Assembly: GCA_002898295.1 (NCBI GenBank)
Contig: BEHX01000003.1
Coordinates: forward strand, 108,754-172,753
Direction of reading: 5' to 3'
Source of the DNA: a bacterium HR21
Lineage (GTDB): Bacteria > Bacteroidota > Ignavibacteria > Kapaibacteriales > HRBIN21
DNA: 64,000 nt
Shown one piece after another: positions 44,908 to 54,957 of this stretch. The position numbers were made by a program, and so were the translations under genes. Below the pieces are notes generated by a model. That model saw only the letters and a program-made list of their open reading frames with translations. It had not been told where the DNA came from and searched no databases. Positions within the stretch are counted from its first letter, which is position 1; each line of letters begins with the position of its first letter.

Positions 44908-45807
44908 ATGGAACTCACTGTCCTTGGTCCTCGGGAAAACTTCCTGGACCTGGAGCCGGAGTACTCCGAGCTAGAGCGAGCGCACATTGTCATCGTCCCA
45001 GCGCCCTACGAGTACCGGACCAGCTTTGGGAAAGGGACGGCTCAGGGACCTGCCGCACTCCTTGCTGCCAGCGCCCATGTAGAAACCTATGACGAAGAGT
45101 ACGACCGGGAGCTCTGCTACGAGCTGGGTCTGGCAACGCTGAAACCTATTCCCCTGGATTCGCTCCGCGACGAGGCTGCCGTTGCCGCCGTGGAAGCTGT
45201 CGTGGAGGAGCTCTTGCGGCGAGGGAAATTCGTCGTCACCCTCGGCGGGGAACACACGATCGCGCTAGCCCCGATTCGGGCTCATTTCCGGGCATTCCCG
45301 CAGATGAGCCTCCTGCAGTTGGATGCCCATGCAGATTTGCGGCAGACATATGAGGGGTCACCGTACTCGCACGCCTGTGTCATGGCACGAGTGCTGGAAT
45401 TCTTCCCACCGGAGCGCCTCGTGCAGGTGGGGCTCCGCGCCATTTCCCGGGAAGAAGCAGACTCCATTCGCCGAGCAGGCATTTGTACTGTCTTTGCGCA
45501 CTGTATCCGCACCGGCAATGCGCAGGGCTGGGAAGAGCGTGTCTTAGAACGGCTCGGCTCTGAGGTGTACATCACCCTCGATGTCGATGTCCTGGACCCT
45601 GCACAGATGCCGGCAACAGGCACACCAGAACCCAATGGGCTGTGGTATCACGAAGTCATCTCCTTCCTGCAGCGCATCCGCCAGAGCGGACGGCGCATTG
45701 TCGGATTTGACCTTGTCGAATTTGCTCCAATCCCTGGACTTCACCACGCGGCAATGACGGCAGCCCGACTGGTTTACAAAGTGCTCAATCTTGCCTTTGC
45801 CCCATGA
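44908..45807 (+). CDS. speB: Agmatinase (arginase family)
   Basis: LGGEHTI, LDAHADLR, TLDVDVLDP, TGTPEPNG. Confidence 0.92.
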   Translation: MELTVLGPRENFLDLEPEYSELERAHIVIVPAPYEYRTSFGKGTAQGPAALLAASAHVETYDEEYDRELCYELGLATLKPIPLDSLRDEAAVAAVEAVVEELLRRGKFVVTLGGEHTIALAPIRAHFRAFPQMSLLQLDAHADLRQTYEGSPYSHACVMARVLEFFPPERLVQVGLRAISREEADSIRRAGICTVFAHCIRTGNAQGWEERVLERLGSEVYITLDVDVLDPAQMPATGTPEPNGLWYHEVISFLQRIRQSGRRIVGFDLVEFAPIPGLHHAAMTAARLVYKVLNLAFAP

Positions 45808-46664
45808 GCTGGGACGATCTGCGCACAGGCATTGAATTCTGGAGCGCTCGTCCTGAGGAGGAGCTGCGCCGGCACCGGCATGAGCTGCTGCCGCTCCTGC
45901 AGCGCTTCCTCCAGGCGCTCTCCCGCGGGCAGCTGCGAGTTGCCACCCCGGAACCGGATGGCTCCTGGCACATCCACCCATGGATCCGCGCGGGCATCGT
46001 GCTCTGCTTCCGGGCAGGGCAGCTCCGCGAGTATACCCTCGGGGAATGGCACTTCACCGATGTGGATACGCTGAGCCTCCGGTGGTTTTCTCCCGAAGAC
46101 CGAGTGCGCCTGGTACCGGGTGGCTCAGCTGTGCGCCTGGGTGCCTATGTGGCTCCAGGAGTTGTGTGTATGCCGCCGATGTACATCAATATCGGCGCAT
46201 ACGTGGACGAAGGGACCATGGTGGATTCTCACGCACTGGTTGGCAGCTGTGCCCAAATTGGCAAGCGCGTCCACATCAGTGCTGGGACACAGATTGGCGG
46301 GGTCCTTGAACCACCCCATGCGCGTCCGGTGATTGTAGAAGACGAAGTCTTCCTGGGGGCAAACTGTGGGCTCTTCGAAGGGGTGCTCGTCCGCCGGCGG
46401 GCTGTTCTGGCTGCTGGGGTCCAGCTGACGGCAACAACGCCGGTCTACGATCTGGTGCGCGAGCAGATTCTGACCGGCACACCCGATGCTCCGGTAGAGA
46501 TCCCCGAAGCCGCTATTGTTGTCCCGGGCGTCCGGGCACTTCCCTCTGCCTTTGCCCGCATGTACGGGCTCGGCATTGCCACGCCGGTGATTGTCAAGTA
46601 CCGGGACTCCCGGACCGAAGCACGAGTGGCTCTGGAAGAAGCTCTCCGAAGGATGTTCCGCTAG
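45804..46664 (+). CDS. dapD: Tetrahydrodipicolinate N-succinyltransferase
   Basis: RLVPGGSAVRLGAYVAPGVVCMPPMYINIGAYVDEGTMVDSHALVGSCAQIGKRVHIS, GGVLEP. Confidence 0.95.
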   Translation: MSWDDLRTGIEFWSARPEEELRRHRHELLPLLQRFLQALSRGQLRVATPEPDGSWHIHPWIRAGIVLCFRAGQLREYTLGEWHFTDVDTLSLRWFSPEDRVRLVPGGSAVRLGAYVAPGVVCMPPMYINIGAYVDEGTMVDSHALVGSCAQIGKRVHISAGTQIGGVLEPPHARPVIVEDEVFLGANCGLFEGVLVRRRAVLAAGVQLTATTPVYDLVREQILTGTPDAPVEIPEAAIVVPGVRALPSAFARMYGLGIATPVIVKYRDSRTEARVALEEALRRMFR

Positions 46665-46675
46665 GAGCACGTACC

Positions 46676-47584
46676 ATGCTGGAAGCACGCCAACTCTGGA
46701 AACGCTACGGTTCAACAGTTGCTCTCCAGGACTGTACGCTGACTCTCCGTCCTGGACGCATCCTCGGGCTCCTGGGACCCAATGGGGCAGGGAAGACAAC
46801 GCTGCTGCGGATTCTCTCCGGCATTCTCCCACCGGACTCCGGCGCCGTACTCTTCGAGGGGGAACCCCTCCAGCGCAAGCACCTCCAGCAGCTAGGCTAC
46901 CTGCCCGAAGAGCGTGGGCTCTATCGCCGCCTGCGGGTTGGCGAACAACTCCTCTACCTTGCCCGTCTCCGTGGTCTGGATGCGGTGCAAGCACGTCAGG
47001 CTGTGTTCGGCTGGCTAGAGCGCCTGGGCGCCCAGGAATGGTACCGTCGCCGAGTCGAAGAGCTCTCCAAAGGCATGCAGCAGAAAGTCCAGCTCGTGGC
47101 TGCTCTCGTCCATCACCCGCGAGTCCTCCTGCTGGACGAGCCTACCAGCGGACTGGATCCTATCAATGCCTCTGAACTAGGCGAGCTCTTACGGGAGCTC
47201 CGCAGTGAGGGTCGTGCTATTGTGCTGTCCACCCATCGGATGGAGCAAGTGGAAGAATTCTGCGACGATGTAGTTCTGCTCCACCGCGGACGCGTCTTGC
47301 TGCAGGGGGAGGTCCGGGAAATCAAGCGGCGTTGGGGACGCGATACCCTTACGGTCGAGTTCTCCGGGGATCTGACCGCCGTGCTCTCCTCCTTCCCGAA
47401 CGTGCGCATCCTCAGCCAAACGAGCGGTCGGCTCGAACTGCGCTGGAGCACTCCTGACCCTTCGCCGCAGGCATTCCTCCGCCTGGCACTGGAGCACGCT
47501 GAACTGCACGCCTTCCGGTGGAGCGAGCCGAGCATGCGGGAAATTTTCCTCGATGTCGTCACAGCCCATGAGGCAGCTCAATGA
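46676..47584 (+). CDS. ABC transporter ATP-binding protein (NatA-like)
   Basis: [35 protein letters not shown]. Confidence 0.93.
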   Translation: MLEARQLWKRYGSTVALQDCTLTLRPGRILGLLGPNGAGKTTLLRILSGILPPDSGAVLFEGEPLQRKHLQQLGYLPEERGLYRRLRVGEQLLYLARLRGLDAVQARQAVFGWLERLGAQEWYRRRVEELSKGMQQKVQLVAALVHHPRVLLLDEPTSGLDPINASELGELLRELRSEGRAIVLSTHRMEQVEEFCDDVVLLHRGRVLLQGEVREIKRRWGRDTLTVEFSGDLTAVLSSFPNVRILSQTSGRLELRWSTPDPSPQAFLRLALEHAELHAFRWSEPSMREIFLDVVTAHEAAQ

Positions 47585-48864
47585 ACTGGCGCACATCACT
47601 GCTGATTGCTGCTTGGGAATTCCGACGGCGCATCCTGCGGCGAGGGTTCTGGCTTGCAACCCTCCTTCTGCCTTTGCTCCCGGTCAGCTTCTTCGGGCTG
47701 GTTCTGCTGCTCTTCCTCATTAGCGGGTCGGGAACGCCACGCTCCTGGAAGGATGTTGCCCTCTACGATGCGACTGCCTCCCTTTCACCATCCTGGCTCC
47801 CAGCGGGAATCCGCTTCTCTACTGACTCCTCCGACTGGCATCGCTGGCAAGAGGAGCTGCGGCAAGAACGCCTCCAGTGGGTCGTTGCCGTCACAGAGTC
47901 TACTTTCCAGCATGGGAAGCTCACCGTCTATGGTCTCCGGAAAGGCTTCCCGAGAGAATTACGCCAAGAGCTCGAGCAGCACTTGCTCCGCTCCATCGCC
48001 CTTTCGCGCAGGGTGGATTCTCTGACCACTTCTCTGCTGACCCAGGGACTGCGGTGGGAAACAGAGCTGTTGGAGTCCTCAAAACAGGCGCTCGGAGTTG
48101 GCATCGGGGCTGCCACACTGGTGGTCATCCTGCTGGTTATCCTGCTGGTGACCTACGGAAGCACTATCACGGAGAGCATCCTCGAGGAGAAGGAAGACCG
48201 CATTGCGGAATTGCTGGTCGGTGCCGCGCGTCCGATCGAGCTTCTGCTGGGAAAAGTGGGAGGGATTGGGGCTGTTGGCACATTCCAGCTCCTTTGCTGG
48301 GTGGTTCTCTTCGGGGCTCTGAGCCTCCTGCTCTCCACGCCCATCGCCATCGAAGCCCCCAGAGGTACGGCATCCTCTCCCCCGGCCGCCAGTGAGCTTG
48401 CAGACATCGTCCGTTTCACGGAAGCTACCACGACGGTTCTCCTCCGGAAAGCCTTCTGGCTGGTCGTGTTGTGTTTCGGCATGGGGTATGTTCTCTACGC
48501 CGGACTGTTCGCCATCGTGGGAGCAGCAACGGTGAACCGGACACAAGCAGCAACTCCCCAGGTGTTCCTCGTCACCCCACTTGTTGCGCCGGCAGCGCTT
48601 TTGGGTTTTCTGGTAGAGTTTCCCGAAAGCACGCTGAGCCGTGTCCTTACGCTCTTCCCGCTGACCAGCCCCGTCATGCTGCCGTTCCGAGCCTTCGCCG
48701 GGGAGCTTCCTTGGTGGGAAGCAGCCGGAGCAGTCGTGGGGATGCTTGTCCTTACGGGAGGGATTTTCTGGTTTGCCGGGAAACTCTATCGGATTGGAAT
48801 GCTCCACCTCAGTGGTGTGACTAGCTGGCGTGCACTGCTGCTCTGGCTTCGGCAGCTCGGCTGA
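47581..48864 (+). CDS. ABC-2 type permease (NatB-like)
   Basis: Multiple TM segments, SILEEKEDRIAELL, LLLGKVGG, PLTSPV. Confidence 0.9.
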   Translation: MNWRTSLLIAAWEFRRRILRRGFWLATLLLPLLPVSFFGLVLLLFLISGSGTPRSWKDVALYDATASLSPSWLPAGIRFSTDSSDWHRWQEELRQERLQWVVAVTESTFQHGKLTVYGLRKGFPRELRQELEQHLLRSIALSRRVDSLTTSLLTQGLRWETELLESSKQALGVGIGAATLVVILLVILLVTYGSTITESILEEKEDRIAELLVGAARPIELLLGKVGGIGAVGTFQLLCWVVLFGALSLLLSTPIAIEAPRGTASSPPAASELADIVRFTEATTTVLLRKAFWLVVLCFGMGYVLYAGLFAIVGAATVNRTQAATPQVFLVTPLVAPAALLGFLVEFPESTLSRVLTLFPLTSPVMLPFRAFAGELPWWEAAGAVVGMLVLTGGIFWFAGKLYRIGMLHLSGVTSWRALLLWLRQLG

Positions 48865-48916
48865 GAAAGCGCTCCACTTTCGTCTCATGGAGTGCTTCAG
48901 GCACTGCTCAGAGGGG

Positions 48917-49789
48917 ATGAAGCCGACACTTGCATACTGCTTGCTTGGGCTGCTGTCCAGCGTCCCGATTGGTGAGGCACAGCCAGCGCGGCGTACAGAG
49001 CCTCCGCCGAGCATTCCGCTGCAGTTCCTCCGCTTCTTCCCCGTACGGGATACAATCTACACCTTGAGCCGTTGGTACCTCGTACTGGACCTTGCACAGC
49101 AGCGCCTGAGACTCTACGGGCGCGAAGGCGAGCAGCAGGAATTTCCCGTCTCCTCTGGGACCACGCGGACTCCCAAGGGGATTGAGACGCCGACCGGGCT
49201 TTTCACCCTCCAGACGAAGGCAACACTGGCGATTTCCCGGCAGTTTGAGAACACGCCAATGCTCTACTGGATGGGCTTCTTCGGGAATATTGGCTTCCAC
49301 GCCCTGGAGGGGTGGGGATATTACCGTCACCTGGGACGGCGTCCATCGTCGCACGGCTGCGTACGGCTCAGCCGTGAGGATGCCCAGTACCTCTACCGGC
49401 TTCTCCCTCGGGGGACGCCCGTTCTGGTCCAGAAGGATGAGCCTGCACGCGTGTTGGCGTTCTTGAAGCCTGAGGAATTCTCCCCTGGACACGACTGGCT
49501 GTTGCGTTCTGGCGGCTACGAACAGGAGCTCCTCCTCCGCAGGCGTTTGGAGAGACTCTATGCGGGGAAAGCTCGGGCATCCGCCGTCCACCGGCTCGTC
49601 CTGGATGGTTCAACCATCCTGCGCCCAGGCGGTTACGCCATCGGCACTGCTCGGGAAATCCCCCCACAGGAACCTCCCTTGTTGCTCGGGGGTTCGTCTC
49701 TGGACTTCCACTCCGCTGCTCGGGTAAACACTGCCGTTGAGCTCCCCACCCTGGACACGCTCACAGCAGGTGAGAGTTCACTGCCCTGA
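48917..49789 (+). CDS. L,D-transpeptidase (YkuD) family protein
   Basis: FPVSSG, TPTGLF, IGFHAL, SSHGCVRL catalytic His/Cys. Signal peptide from ATG 48917. Confidence 0.88.
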   Translation: MKPTLAYCLLGLLSSVPIGEAQPARRTEPPPSIPLQFLRFFPVRDTIYTLSRWYLVLDLAQQRLRLYGREGEQQEFPVSSGTTRTPKGIETPTGLFTLQTKATLAISRQFENTPMLYWMGFFGNIGFHALEGWGYYRHLGRRPSSHGCVRLSREDAQYLYRLLPRGTPVLVQKDEPARVLAFLKPEEFSPGHDWLLRSGGYEQELLLRRRLERLYAGKARASAVHRLVLDGSTILRPGGYAIGTAREIPPQEPPLLLGGSSLDFHSAARVNTAVELPTLDTLTAGESSLP

Positions 49790-51154
49790 GGGACCTAGAT
49801 AGAGGTAGCGCTGCTGCCAGTCCGGCATGTATGGCTCACCGGGAAAGGTAGAGTGGACGAGCGTGTAATCGTTGAAGCCGGTCAAGTCTACGAAGTGGAA
49901 GTACGTGCCTCCACGGAGCTCGCTGTAGAACCAGCTCTCGTAGGCACGTTGGGTTGGTGTTGCGGTAATGCTCTCCCGCTGTGTAGGGAAGCCGTACTTG
50001 AGCAGAACCCGTCCTCGGTCAGAACGCCATCCTTGACGCCAGCGGGGGGAAGCGAAATACGTGTTCGCGTACTGGATGCGGGCACGGAAATCCTCCAGTG
50101 CTTCGTTGACGGGGGTCTGGGGATTAGGATCGCGCTGGAGCCAGAACCGAAACAGGAAGCGGCGCCGAGCCTGCAGCTCTGTCAGCGTGGAGAGCAGTTC
50201 TCGCTCTGCCGGTGTCGCAATGAGTGCGATCTGCTCGAATGCTTCCGCCAGGCGCTGCTCGGAGTAGGTTGCAAACTCGCTCATCTGAAAGAGGCTATCC
50301 TCGGGCATTCCGGTCACCGGTTGCGGTGGCATCTCGGGGTTGAGAACGTAGAAGCGCTTCTCCGCTGAAGCCGTATCGGTACCACCGCGGGCGATAACCC
50401 GCACGATGTAGACGCCGCTAGGCACGACATTGAGCGGCAGCTGGAGCACATCTGCTAAGGCATCGGAGACTGCCCGATACGGACGCTCCATTTCCCACAG
50501 CAGCCGGCGCATTCCGTCAAGGAGTTCATACCGGAGAACCCCGCTCTCCGGAGTCCGCCGCCGTGCATTGTACAGCTCAACGTAGAGCCGCAAAACAGGA
50601 TCGCTGCCCCGGAATTCAACCGAGGGATTGGGCGTAATCTGGAAGCGCCCCTTCTGGAACGGCGAGACCGTGTCAGCTGCTGCCTCAGTAATGGCAGTTG
50701 CAAGCTGGATATCGCTGAGCTGGAGCCGATCCGAGGCAAAGGCGCGGACGTGCAACACAAAGCGCGCCTGTGCCCGACGGGTGCTGTCGTAGACATCCCG
50801 CACGAGCAGGCGGACGGTGTACTCCCCGGGGGCTAACAGGAAATTCTGCTGCCCGATCAGCTCTCGGGGCTGCCCGTCCAGCTTCGCCCGCTCCACTGGC
50901 ACAACCCACTGATGGGCAACCACAGGGCGCCCGGCACTGTCAATCTGGACTCCGAAGTAGAGCTCACCCACATATCCCCCATCCTGGCGCGGGACATAGT
51001 GCAGAATCGTGTCCGGGAAGGCGTAGTACAGCTCCCACCGCGGCAGCCGCTGCTCATGCCAGAACTGCGCAGCATCGAAAGAGACATGAAGCTGCCCCCA
51101 GGCAGAGCAGGCAACCAGGGACACGAGGAGACCGACTCGAACCGGGTTCCCCAT
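49778..51154 (-). CDS. GWxTD domain-containing protein, exported
   Basis: FWLQRDPNPQTPVNE, RIQYANTYF, GWRSDRGRVLLKYGFP, WFY. Signal peptide. Confidence 0.88.
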   Translation of the reverse strand: MGNPVRVGLLVSLVACSAWGQLHVSFDAAQFWHEQRLPRWELYYAFPDTILHYVPRQDGGYVGELYFGVQIDSAGRPVVAHQWVVPVERAKLDGQPRELIGQQNFLLAPGEYTVRLLVRDVYDSTRRAQARFVLHVRAFASDRLQLSDIQLATAITEAAADTVSPFQKGRFQITPNPSVEFRGSDPVLRLYVELYNARRRTPESGVLRYELLDGMRRLLWEMERPYRAVSDALADVLQLPLNVVPSGVYIVRVIARGGTDTASAEKRFYVLNPEMPPQPVTGMPEDSLFQMSEFATYSEQRLAEAFEQIALIATPAERELLSTLTELQARRRFLFRFWLQRDPNPQTPVNEALEDFRARIQYANTYFASPRWRQGWRSDRGRVLLKYGFPTQRESITATPTQRAYESWFYSELRGGTYFHFVDLTGFNDYTLVHSTFPGEPYMPDWQQRYLYLGPSGQ

Positions 51155-51211
51155 GGGAAAAGATGCCGGTTGGACCCGGATGCAATTTACACACGAATGT
51201 GAAGCCCACGC

Positions 51212-52879
51212 TCAGAAGCTCAGACCGTAGTTGAGGCTGCTCTGGAGTTCCAGAAATGGACGTCGCCCGGCACGTTCGGAACGGTTCAGGAAGGTGTTCC
51301 ACGTCAACACCCCCCAGCGGTGGAGGTGGTACGTCAGGGAGAGGCGGAGGTTCCACTGCGTATCCCACCCCAGTGTGTACATCCGTGACCATCCTCCGGC
51401 AAAGCTCCCGGTGAGCCGCTGCGGCACGAGAGGGAAAGAGACCGTCTCCGAGAGCATCCACAGGCGGGTCTCCAGCTGCGCAGCCGTCTGCGTGTAGGTG
51501 CCGGTAGTTGTCAGCGTCAGAGCAGAGGACAGCAGCAGGCTATGGGAGAGCAGCAGCGAATGCGTTGTCTGCCGCGTTGCTGCACGCGTGATGGGATTCT
51601 GGTCGGTGGTGTTCGCGAAGTTGTAGCTTCCCGTTACCACGTGTGTTCCGCCCAGTCCAGAAAACTGCCATCGCGGAGCCACGGAGAAGCTCTGGTAGAC
51701 ATTCTGCACCCGGAGGCTATCCTGCTCGTGCTGCATGCGAGTGCCGTAGTTCGTGTAGTGGAGGTCCACCCCAAAGGCAGAGGAGGGGTGCCAGCCCAGA
51801 GCCGCCGCGCTAATGAGACGCCGCGTGGTACCGAGCCGCGTATTGCGGAGATTGTTCCACTGGAGCCCACCGGAGAGGCGGATCGAGACGGTATTCTCTG
51901 CTAGCATCAGGCTTGGTGCTACCGCTACCTCAGCGACGTCATTGGCCAGCCAAGGATAGCCCAGAGAGACAAATCCCGGACCAATCCAGCGTCCACCGAG
52001 CGCAATCGAGACTGCCTGTGTCGGGGTCACTATGACCGACACCCGCGCTGCTCCGTCGAGATTCGAGGAGTAACGGGGGACGAACACCCACCGAGGGACC
52101 CCGAGATCTTTCTCCGGAGCCCGAAGACTTGAGGAATAGGCCCCCAGCGCTAGCTCTCCCTGGAGGCTCACCGCCGTCCCCAACGGCGCCCGGAAAGAGA
52201 GAGCAGCAACAGCATTGTCCTGTGCCGGGGTCACGATGGTATCGGCACGCAGACTATCCCGCACAACCCGCAGGAGGCGAATACTGGTGGTGTCATCGAG
52301 CAAGCGGACGTAGTGGAGGAGGAGCTCAGCTCCCGCCTCCGTAGTAAAGCCGAGGGAGACACCCCACGCCCAGCGGCGGTAGGTTCCGGGAAAGCTGCTC
52401 AGCGTGTCGAGCGCTCGTGGCTGCTGGACAACGCCGTAGAACGCCTTGAGGCGAAAGATCCCCGGCGAAAGCTCCACGCCACCCCCGAGAATGCGCGGCT
52501 CACCGAAACTCAACTCCGACAACGACAGCGAGAAGTATCCCCCGTGCAGCCGCAACCAGGAGGTAATCCGGGGACTGAGCCCAAACTGGTTGAACGGCTG
52601 CTGGAAGCCCACCGGATACCCCGTCCGTGCCCCTGTCTGCGTGCTCAACGCCAGCTCGAAGGGAAGCTCCACCTGACCGAAGAGCTGCACGACGGGACGG
52701 AAGAAAAGACGTGCCCCATAGCGGGGCAGAAAACGCTGCACCGGCGCATCACCAGAGCTGGTATATGCCTCCACCGTTGCACTCAGAGAACCTCGTAACT
52801 GAATCGGTGTGGTGTGCTGCTCCTGTGCCCACGCACTGCCGAGCATACTCACAAGCACGATGACCCATCCACGCCGCAT
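51212..52879 (-). CDS. Hypothetical large outer-membrane beta-barrel protein
   Basis: 555 aa. Signal peptide, many amphipathic strands, QQPFNQFGLSP motif, C-terminal YGLSF. Confidence 0.75.
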   Translation of the reverse strand: MRRGWVIVLVSMLGSAWAQEQHTTPIQLRGSLSATVEAYTSSGDAPVQRFLPRYGARLFFRPVVQLFGQVELPFELALSTQTGARTGYPVGFQQPFNQFGLSPRITSWLRLHGGYFSLSLSELSFGEPRILGGGVELSPGIFRLKAFYGVVQQPRALDTLSSFPGTYRRWAWGVSLGFTTEAGAELLLHYVRLLDDTTSIRLLRVVRDSLRADTIVTPAQDNAVAALSFRAPLGTAVSLQGELALGAYSSSLRAPEKDLGVPRWVFVPRYSSNLDGAARVSVIVTPTQAVSIALGGRWIGPGFVSLGYPWLANDVAEVAVAPSLMLAENTVSIRLSGGLQWNNLRNTRLGTTRRLISAAALGWHPSSAFGVDLHYTNYGTRMQHEQDSLRVQNVYQSFSVAPRWQFSGLGGTHVVTGSYNFANTTDQNPITRAATRQTTHSLLLSHSLLLSSALTLTTTGTYTQTAAQLETRLWMLSETVSFPLVPQRLTGSFAGGWSRMYTLGWDTQWNLRLSLTYHLHRWGVLTWNTFLNRSERAGRRPFLELQSSLNYGLSF

Positions 52880-53005
52880 GGATTCTGCCTCCGCTACTGA
52901 GACTCACCGGTGTGGCATTGTACCCCGCAAAAATGGCGCAAGTTTCTGGCTTCCCATTGCTGCTGCCTAGAACTGAGCTGCTTCGTTCGTCATTAGGGCA
53001 GCAAT

Positions 53006-54214
53006 GTGACACCAACGGTACGGAAGATGCGTCGCCTCCACTGGAGTCCCTGGCTCATTGGCGGGCTGCTCATCATTGGACTCAACTGCTCAGGCAAGGG
53101 CAATGAGCAGCCCCAGCACACTGCCTCGGACATTCCCGCCGACAGCCTCCGCCGCCTCCTGATGGAGACGCTCACCGCGCAGCGCCATAATGCGCTCACC
53201 CGCGCCGTCGAGCTCTGCAGCCCTGCTGTGGTCGGTATCACCGTCACCGACGAACGCGAAGTGGTCTACCGCGACCCGTTCAGCTCGTGGTTTTTCGATG
53301 ATCCCATTTTCCGCTTCTTTTTCGGGGAGCCGCGCGAGTACCGGCATCGCTACACGATTCGCAATCTCGGCTCCGGCTTCATTATTTCCCCAGACGGCTA
53401 CGTGGTGACCAACCAACACGTCATCGGGCAGACTCCCCGGCGAATTACCGTCACGCTGGTCGGTGGTGAGCACCACGAGGCAGAGCTCATTGGGTCCGAT
53501 TACACCAGCGATATCGCCCTCCTCAAGCTCCGCTCCAATACACGGCAGAGCTTCCCCTTCGTCCGCCTGGGGAACTCCGATTCGGTCCTCGTCGGCGAGT
53601 GGGTCCTGGCATTTGGCAATCCTTTCGGGCTGTTTGACATCAATGCGAAGCCAACCGTCACGGTCGGTGTGGTCAGTAACACGGGGGTGAGTTTCCAGCA
53701 AGAGGGGCGCATCTACCGGGGCATGATCCAGACCGACGCCGCCATCAGCTCGGGCAACTCCGGGGGACCGCTGGTCAATGCGTTGGGGGAAGTCATCGGA
53801 GTCAATGCTGCCATTATCTCCACAGCGCAGAGCTGGCAAGGTGCTGGCAGTATCGGCATTGGCTTCGCTATTCCCATCAACCGGGTCAAGCGGATCCTGG
53901 AGCGGTTGCGTCGTGACGGATACATTGACCGAGCCATTGACATCGGACTGCGCCTCAGCGATCCGGAACGCTACGAACCTGCCTCCAGAGAACGCGGTGC
54001 GCTGGTTGTCAGCGTCCGTCGGGGGTCGCCGGCAGACCGAGCGGGGCTGGAACCGGGGGATCTCATCACCGCGATAGACGGGATCGCTGTGCAGGGGAGC
54101 AGAGACGCCGAGCTGATTTTCGCCGATAGCATCGTTGGGGAGCGTCTCCGTATCCAGTTCCTCCGCGGCGGGCGCACACTCACCACGGAGCTCACCGTCG
54201 GCAAGCGCCCATGA
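53006..54214 (+). CDS. htrA: HtrA/DegP-like serine protease with one PDZ domain, probable lipoprotein
   Basis: [37 protein letters not shown] domain. Lipobox IGLNC. Start GTG 53006 or ATG 53027. Confidence 0.92.
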   Translation: MTPTVRKMRRLHWSPWLIGGLLIIGLNCSGKGNEQPQHTASDIPADSLRRLLMETLTAQRHNALTRAVELCSPAVVGITVTDEREVVYRDPFSSWFFDDPIFRFFFGEPREYRHRYTIRNLGSGFIISPDGYVVTNQHVIGQTPRRITVTLVGGEHHEAELIGSDYTSDIALLKLRSNTRQSFPFVRLGNSDSVLVGEWVLAFGNPFGLFDINAKPTVTVGVVSNTGVSFQQEGRIYRGMIQTDAAISSGNSGGPLVNALGEVIGVNAAIISTAQSWQGAGSIGIGFAIPINRVKRILERLRRDGYIDRAIDIGLRLSDPERYEPASRERGALVVSVRRGSPADRAGLEPGDLITAIDGIAVQGSRDAELIFADSIVGERLRIQFLRGGRTLTTELTVGKRP

Positions 54215-54954
54215 AGAGCCGCCTCTGGTGCGAAGGACTGGTCAAAATCTACCGCCGCCGTCCGGTCGTCCGCGGTGTCTCGCTGGAAGTCCAACAGGGA
54301 GATGTTGTCGGGCTGCTGGGTCCGAACGGTGCGGGGAAGACCACCACGTTCTACATGCTCGTGGGCATGGTAGCCCCGAACGCTGGGCGCATCTTCTTGG
54401 ATTCCCAGGAGCTGACACGCATGCCCATGTACCGCCGTGCCCGGCTGGGAATTAGCTACCTCCCGCAGGAGCCTTCGGTCTTCCGCGGCTTGACTGTGGA
54501 AGAAAACATCCGTGCCGTGCTCCAACTCCGCGGGCTGTCGCGACAGGACCAACGCGAACGGCTCGAAGAGCTGCTGGAGGAGTTCGGCATTGCGCATATC
54601 CGCCGGCGCAAAGGATACATGCTCTCCGGGGGTGAACGCCGGCGCTGCGAGATTGCCCGCGCCCTGGCAACCGAGCCGCGCTTTATCTTGCTCGATGAAC
54701 CCTTCGCCGGCATTGACCCTCTAGCGGTGGAAGACCTCATGCGCTTGGTGCGTCGCCTCAAGAAGCGCTCCATCGGCGTGCTCATCACCGACCACAACGT
54801 GCACGAGACGCTCTCCATCACCGACCGGGCGTATATCCTCATTGACGGCACCATCTTCTACGCCGGGACGGCTGAAGAGATCGCCGCCCACCCGGACGTG
54901 CGCCGCCTCTACCTCGGGGAGAGCTTCACCCTGGAGCGCTACCGCTGGGAGTAA
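54211..54954 (+). CDS. lptB: LPS export ABC transporter ATPase
   Basis: [59 protein letters not shown]. Confidence 0.96.
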   Translation: MKSRLWCEGLVKIYRRRPVVRGVSLEVQQGDVVGLLGPNGAGKTTTFYMLVGMVAPNAGRIFLDSQELTRMPMYRRARLGISYLPQEPSVFRGLTVEENIRAVLQLRGLSRQDQRERLEELLEEFGIAHIRRRKGYMLSGGERRRCEIARALATEPRFILLDEPFAGIDPLAVEDLMRLVRRLKKRSIGVLITDHNVHETLSITDRAYILIDGTIFYAGTAEEIAAHPDVRRLYLGESFTLERYRWE

Positions 54955-54957
54955 CTG

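Noticed and set aside
43692-45092. 466-aa plus-strand ORF opposite fliQ/fliP
   Set aside because: Antisense shadow of well-conserved genes in GC-rich DNA. No motifs.
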